A stretch of 63,962 bases of DNA, the filler included, from Candidatus Desantisbacteria bacterium CG1_02_49_89 (GTDB lineage: Bacteria; Desantisbacteria; UBA1551): NCBI GenBank assembly GCA_001871075.1. It is 4 parts of 4 records of this genome, joined end to end, with 100 filler letters (N's around TTAATTAATTAA, not from the genome) between each part and the next. Parts side by side here need not be neighbours in the genome. Positions count along the whole stretch, not along the records: positions 55,009 to 63,962 come from MNUP01000011.1; 3 more parts are not named here. One strand, given 5' to 3'. This document shows positions 61,349-63,962 of this stretch, in pieces. Within the stretch, counting starts at the first letter, position 1; each line of letters starts with the position of its first letter. Below the pieces are notes generated by a model. The model was not told the origin of the DNA. It saw only the letters and a list, made by a program, of their open reading frames with translations, and did no database searches. The translations under genes and the position numbers were made by a program.

Positions 61349-62227
61349 ATGAAAGTTTTAATAACGGGCGGGAGCGGGAACCTTGGAAGGTACGTTGTGG
61401 AGGAAGTAAAAAGCCGCGGGCACGAAGTCGCGGTCTTTGACGCGAAAGAGCCGCGGGACAAAAGCGTTAAATTCATAAAAGGGGACCTTCTTAAGCTCGC
61501 GGACCTGGAAAACGCCTGCAAGGGCATAGAGGCGATCATCCACCTGGGAGCGATCGCTAACCCGACACTTGCGGAGCACGAGGTCGTTTTCAACGTGAAT
61601 GTGATGGGAACTTACAACGCCCTTGAAGCCGCAATGAAAAATAAGGTCAGGAGGTTCGTGCTGGCGAGCTCTGATTCAACGCTGGGGTTCCTTTTCAGGG
61701 CAAGCCCGCCTTTAATGCCGCAATACCTGCCTATTGACGAGGACCATCCCCTGGAAGCTGAGGACCCTTACGGCCTGAGCAAGAAGGTGGATGAAGAAGT
61801 ATGCCTTATGTTTACGCGCAGGTACGGTATTGAAACCGTATGCCTCAGGATATGTTTTGTCTGGTTCCCGGATGAATTCAGGTACGGGGACAATGTCGGC
61901 TCGCCTGAGAATTACCGTGGGCTTACGCAGAATGCCGATGTATGGGGCCCGGGATTATGGGTTTACCAGGACGCAAGGGACGCGGCTCAGGCGTTCAGGC
62001 TGGGCGCTGAAACACCCGGGATAAAACACGAGAGAATATACATATCCGCTGATGAGAGCGGCACTAACGTGGATTCTCTTAAACTAATTGAAAAATATTA
62101 TCCGTCTGTTAAAAAGGTGGACAAAGCGAAGCTGAAAGGAAGGGCGTCGCTTATATGCTGCGATAAAGCGAAGAAGATATTGGGATACAAGCCGAAGTAT
62201 TCGTGGCAGGATTTGTTTAACAAATAG
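61349..62227 (+). CDS. NAD-dependent epimerase/dehydratase (extended SDR)
   Basis: TGGSGNLG, ASS, YGLSK. Confidence 0.9.
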   Translation: MKVLITGGSGNLGRYVVEEVKSRGHEVAVFDAKEPRDKSVKFIKGDLLKLADLENACKGIEAIIHLGAIANPTLAEHEVVFNVNVMGTYNALEAAMKNKVRRFVLASSDSTLGFLFRASPPLMPQYLPIDEDHPLEAEDPYGLSKKVDEEVCLMFTRRYGIETVCLRICFVWFPDEFRYGDNVGSPENYRGLTQNADVWGPGLWVYQDARDAAQAFRLGAETPGIKHERIYISADESGTNVDSLKLIEKYYPSVKKVDKAKLKGRASLICCDKAKKILGYKPKYSWQDLFNK

Positions 62228-62386
62228 AACCGGTTCATGTTTTGAACCTTATAGGTTCTGGATATAAAGAACCGGTTCACAATCATCAGAACCAGGTTCA
62301 TAAGCATTAGAACCAAGGTTCCTAATCTTGAGAACCGGTTCACAAGCTTTAGAACCGTGGTTCTTAAATACCGAGAACCAAGGTTT
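62227..62386. repeat. Array of eight GAACC-N0-5-GGTTC palindromes, ~21-bp period
   Basis: GAACC at 62227, 62244, 62269, 62289, 62310, 62332, 62352, 62375. Confidence 0.85.
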
Positions 62387-62708
62387 ATAGATCTTGAGCT
62401 ATTTTTATGGTCAATGCAAGCAGTTTCCCCTGAACCTGATGCCGTTGAATCAATGAATGGTTCAGGGTTAAATAAAAAAATTCATAAAAAAGCGTTTTTT
62501 GCTTGACAAATATATTTATTAAAATATATTATATATATTGATAAAAATTTTAGTACTTAGCCTACCATTATAAAAAAACAATCCTAAAAAGTTCTTGGGG
62601 GTTGTCCACAGAAAAAAAATTGTAAGTGGGACAATTTAAGGGAAAGGAATTTTTTTCGCAATTTTTGATACATATAAAAAATAGAGAAATTAACTTTAGG
62701 AGGTTTCA

Positions 62709-63767
62709 GTGAAGAACAAATATAAGATATATTGGATACTGGGAGCTGTAATGCTCCTGTTTATAACGGGCTGCAATATTTCATCCGCTGGATGGATAGC
62801 AGCCGATACGATTACGTCATCATGGTGCGGCGATTCCTCCAGTTCGATTGTTTGGATGCCAAGTTCATCCAGGGTTTATATAGCCTATTATGATATTTAT
62901 GACCAGCTTTGGGGATATCGTAATATTTTTCCCAGAAAAGGATCCGGTGCTTGGTCTAATCCGGTAATAGATGATAACTCCGGTGTTGGAAAATCGCTGA
63001 GCCTGGCTGTATCACCCACTAATGGTAATGCGTATGTCGCATATTATTATCAACTTACAACCAACCTAAAATATGCCACGGCTTATCCGGATTATGAATG
63101 GGATTCCATAACTCTTCATACGAGCGCAGGCGATATTGGATGGAATCCTTCGATGTGTTTTGATTCTTCAGGGAATTCATATGTAACTTATCTTGACTCA
63201 AGCACATGTTCCGTGTTATTAATTGACAGATTTGCCACGCCTCTTGCGGTAGACGGGTCCGCGCTGGGGAACAGCGTGGGAATGTACAGTTCAGTCGGGT
63301 TTACAGGAAGTAACGTGCCTTTGATCGCGTATTATGACCAGGGAAACAAGAGGTTAAAACTCGCTGATAAATACGGAGGCGGATGGAACAGGAGAGTGAT
63401 CGATTCCGGCGATGTGGGAGAATATCCCGCCATGGGAGTAAACGGGGAGACTTTTTATATTGCTTATAAAGATAATCCCAAACAGGCAGTAGTGCTCGCT
63501 TACGGGAACACTACTTCCTGGAACACAAAGGTAATTGATGCGTCGGGTGACGGAACATACACGCACATAGTGGTAATTCCAGGAGCCGTAAGAGACACTA
63601 TTTGCATAGTTTATCAGGGAATAGGGCCTAATGGTTTGTCAGTGCTGATGGCAAAAAGCACAAACAGCGGGGCAAGTTTTAACACTGAAGTAGTTGCACA
63701 TACGCCGGGGAAAAATATTTCTGCCTGGAAAACAGGAACAAACGAGATCATAGTGTGGTGTCTCTAA
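62709..63767 (+). CDS. Secreted (possibly lipo-) beta-propeller-like hypothetical protein
   Basis: ITGC lipobox-like; repeated IAYYD...LKYA / D..GDVG blades; GGAGG RBS. Confidence 0.68.
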   Translation: MKNKYKIYWILGAVMLLFITGCNISSAGWIAADTITSSWCGDSSSSIVWMPSSSRVYIAYYDIYDQLWGYRNIFPRKGSGAWSNPVIDDNSGVGKSLSLAVSPTNGNAYVAYYYQLTTNLKYATAYPDYEWDSITLHTSAGDIGWNPSMCFDSSGNSYVTYLDSSTCSVLLIDRFATPLAVDGSALGNSVGMYSSVGFTGSNVPLIAYYDQGNKRLKLADKYGGGWNRRVIDSGDVGEYPAMGVNGETFYIAYKDNPKQAVVLAYGNTTSWNTKVIDASGDGTYTHIVVIPGAVRDTICIVYQGIGPNGLSVLMAKSTNSGASFNTEVVAHTPGKNISAWKTGTNEIIVWCL

Positions 63768-63786
63768 CAGATCTTTACATTTGGGC

Positions 63787-63871
63787 TGTCATTGCGAGGA
63801 GTGTTAACGACGAAGCAATCTCGACCTAAAAATCGAGATTGCCACGCTCCCTTTGGTCGCTCGCAATGACA
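63787..63871. repeat. Uninterrupted TGTCATTGCGAG...CTCGCAATGACA element
   Basis: Terminal 12-bp IR, internal GCAATCTC/GAGATTGC. Confidence 0.88.
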
Positions 63872-63962
63872 ACTCAAAGCAGAATCAAATGTCAAGGGAT
63901 TTATGTAACACCACAATAGTTTCTTTTACCTTGCCTGGCAGAAGGTTGATGTATGTAGAACA

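Noticed and set aside
62227-62386. Mini-CRISPR or the minus-strand ORF 62098-62343
   Set aside because: Period of 21 bp is too short and repeats are degenerate; the ORF overlaps the SDR gene and has no recognisable motif

Overview
Bacterial draft-genome window made of four contigs joined by artificial linkers (N44-TTAATTAATTAA-N44 at 22921-23020, 43651-43750 and 54909-55008), so synteny across the linkers is not evidence. Every credible gene is on the + strand. The organism is a diderm (MlaFED, PorV-like and other beta-barrels); I cannot assign a phylum. Contig 1: Fe3+/polyamine-type ABC transporter, galT, CDF, PGM, a REP-associated tyrosine transposase (RAYT), a HAD hydrolase, a FecR-barrel fusion, a LacI-controlled giant secreted glycoside hydrolase plus CBM9, a Bro-N gene and an AT-rich islet. 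Contig 2: degenerate asparaginase, T9SS-like CTD/PorV cluster, mlaEFD, coaBC, tRNA-Ala(CGC), coaD, secDF, recJ, clpP, lon, serA, an uncalled 52-aa basic ORF and partial gltX. Contig 3: bounded by inverted TGT-ended MITEs, with a Panacea TA pair, an FGE protein, an interrupted tRNA-Ser remnant, GH2, aroA, MNT-HEPN and HicBA. Contig 4: an iolA/iolD-like sugar catabolic cluster and a secreted protein. The most striking signal is a dense set of small repeats (7-8-mer tandems, GTAG-type and GTCATTGCG-type hairpins). They nest inside each other as inverted arms, bracket single genes as direct repeats, and have entered at least five coding sequences in frame. The link from the resident RAYT to one of these in-frame inserts is directly visible in the sequence.
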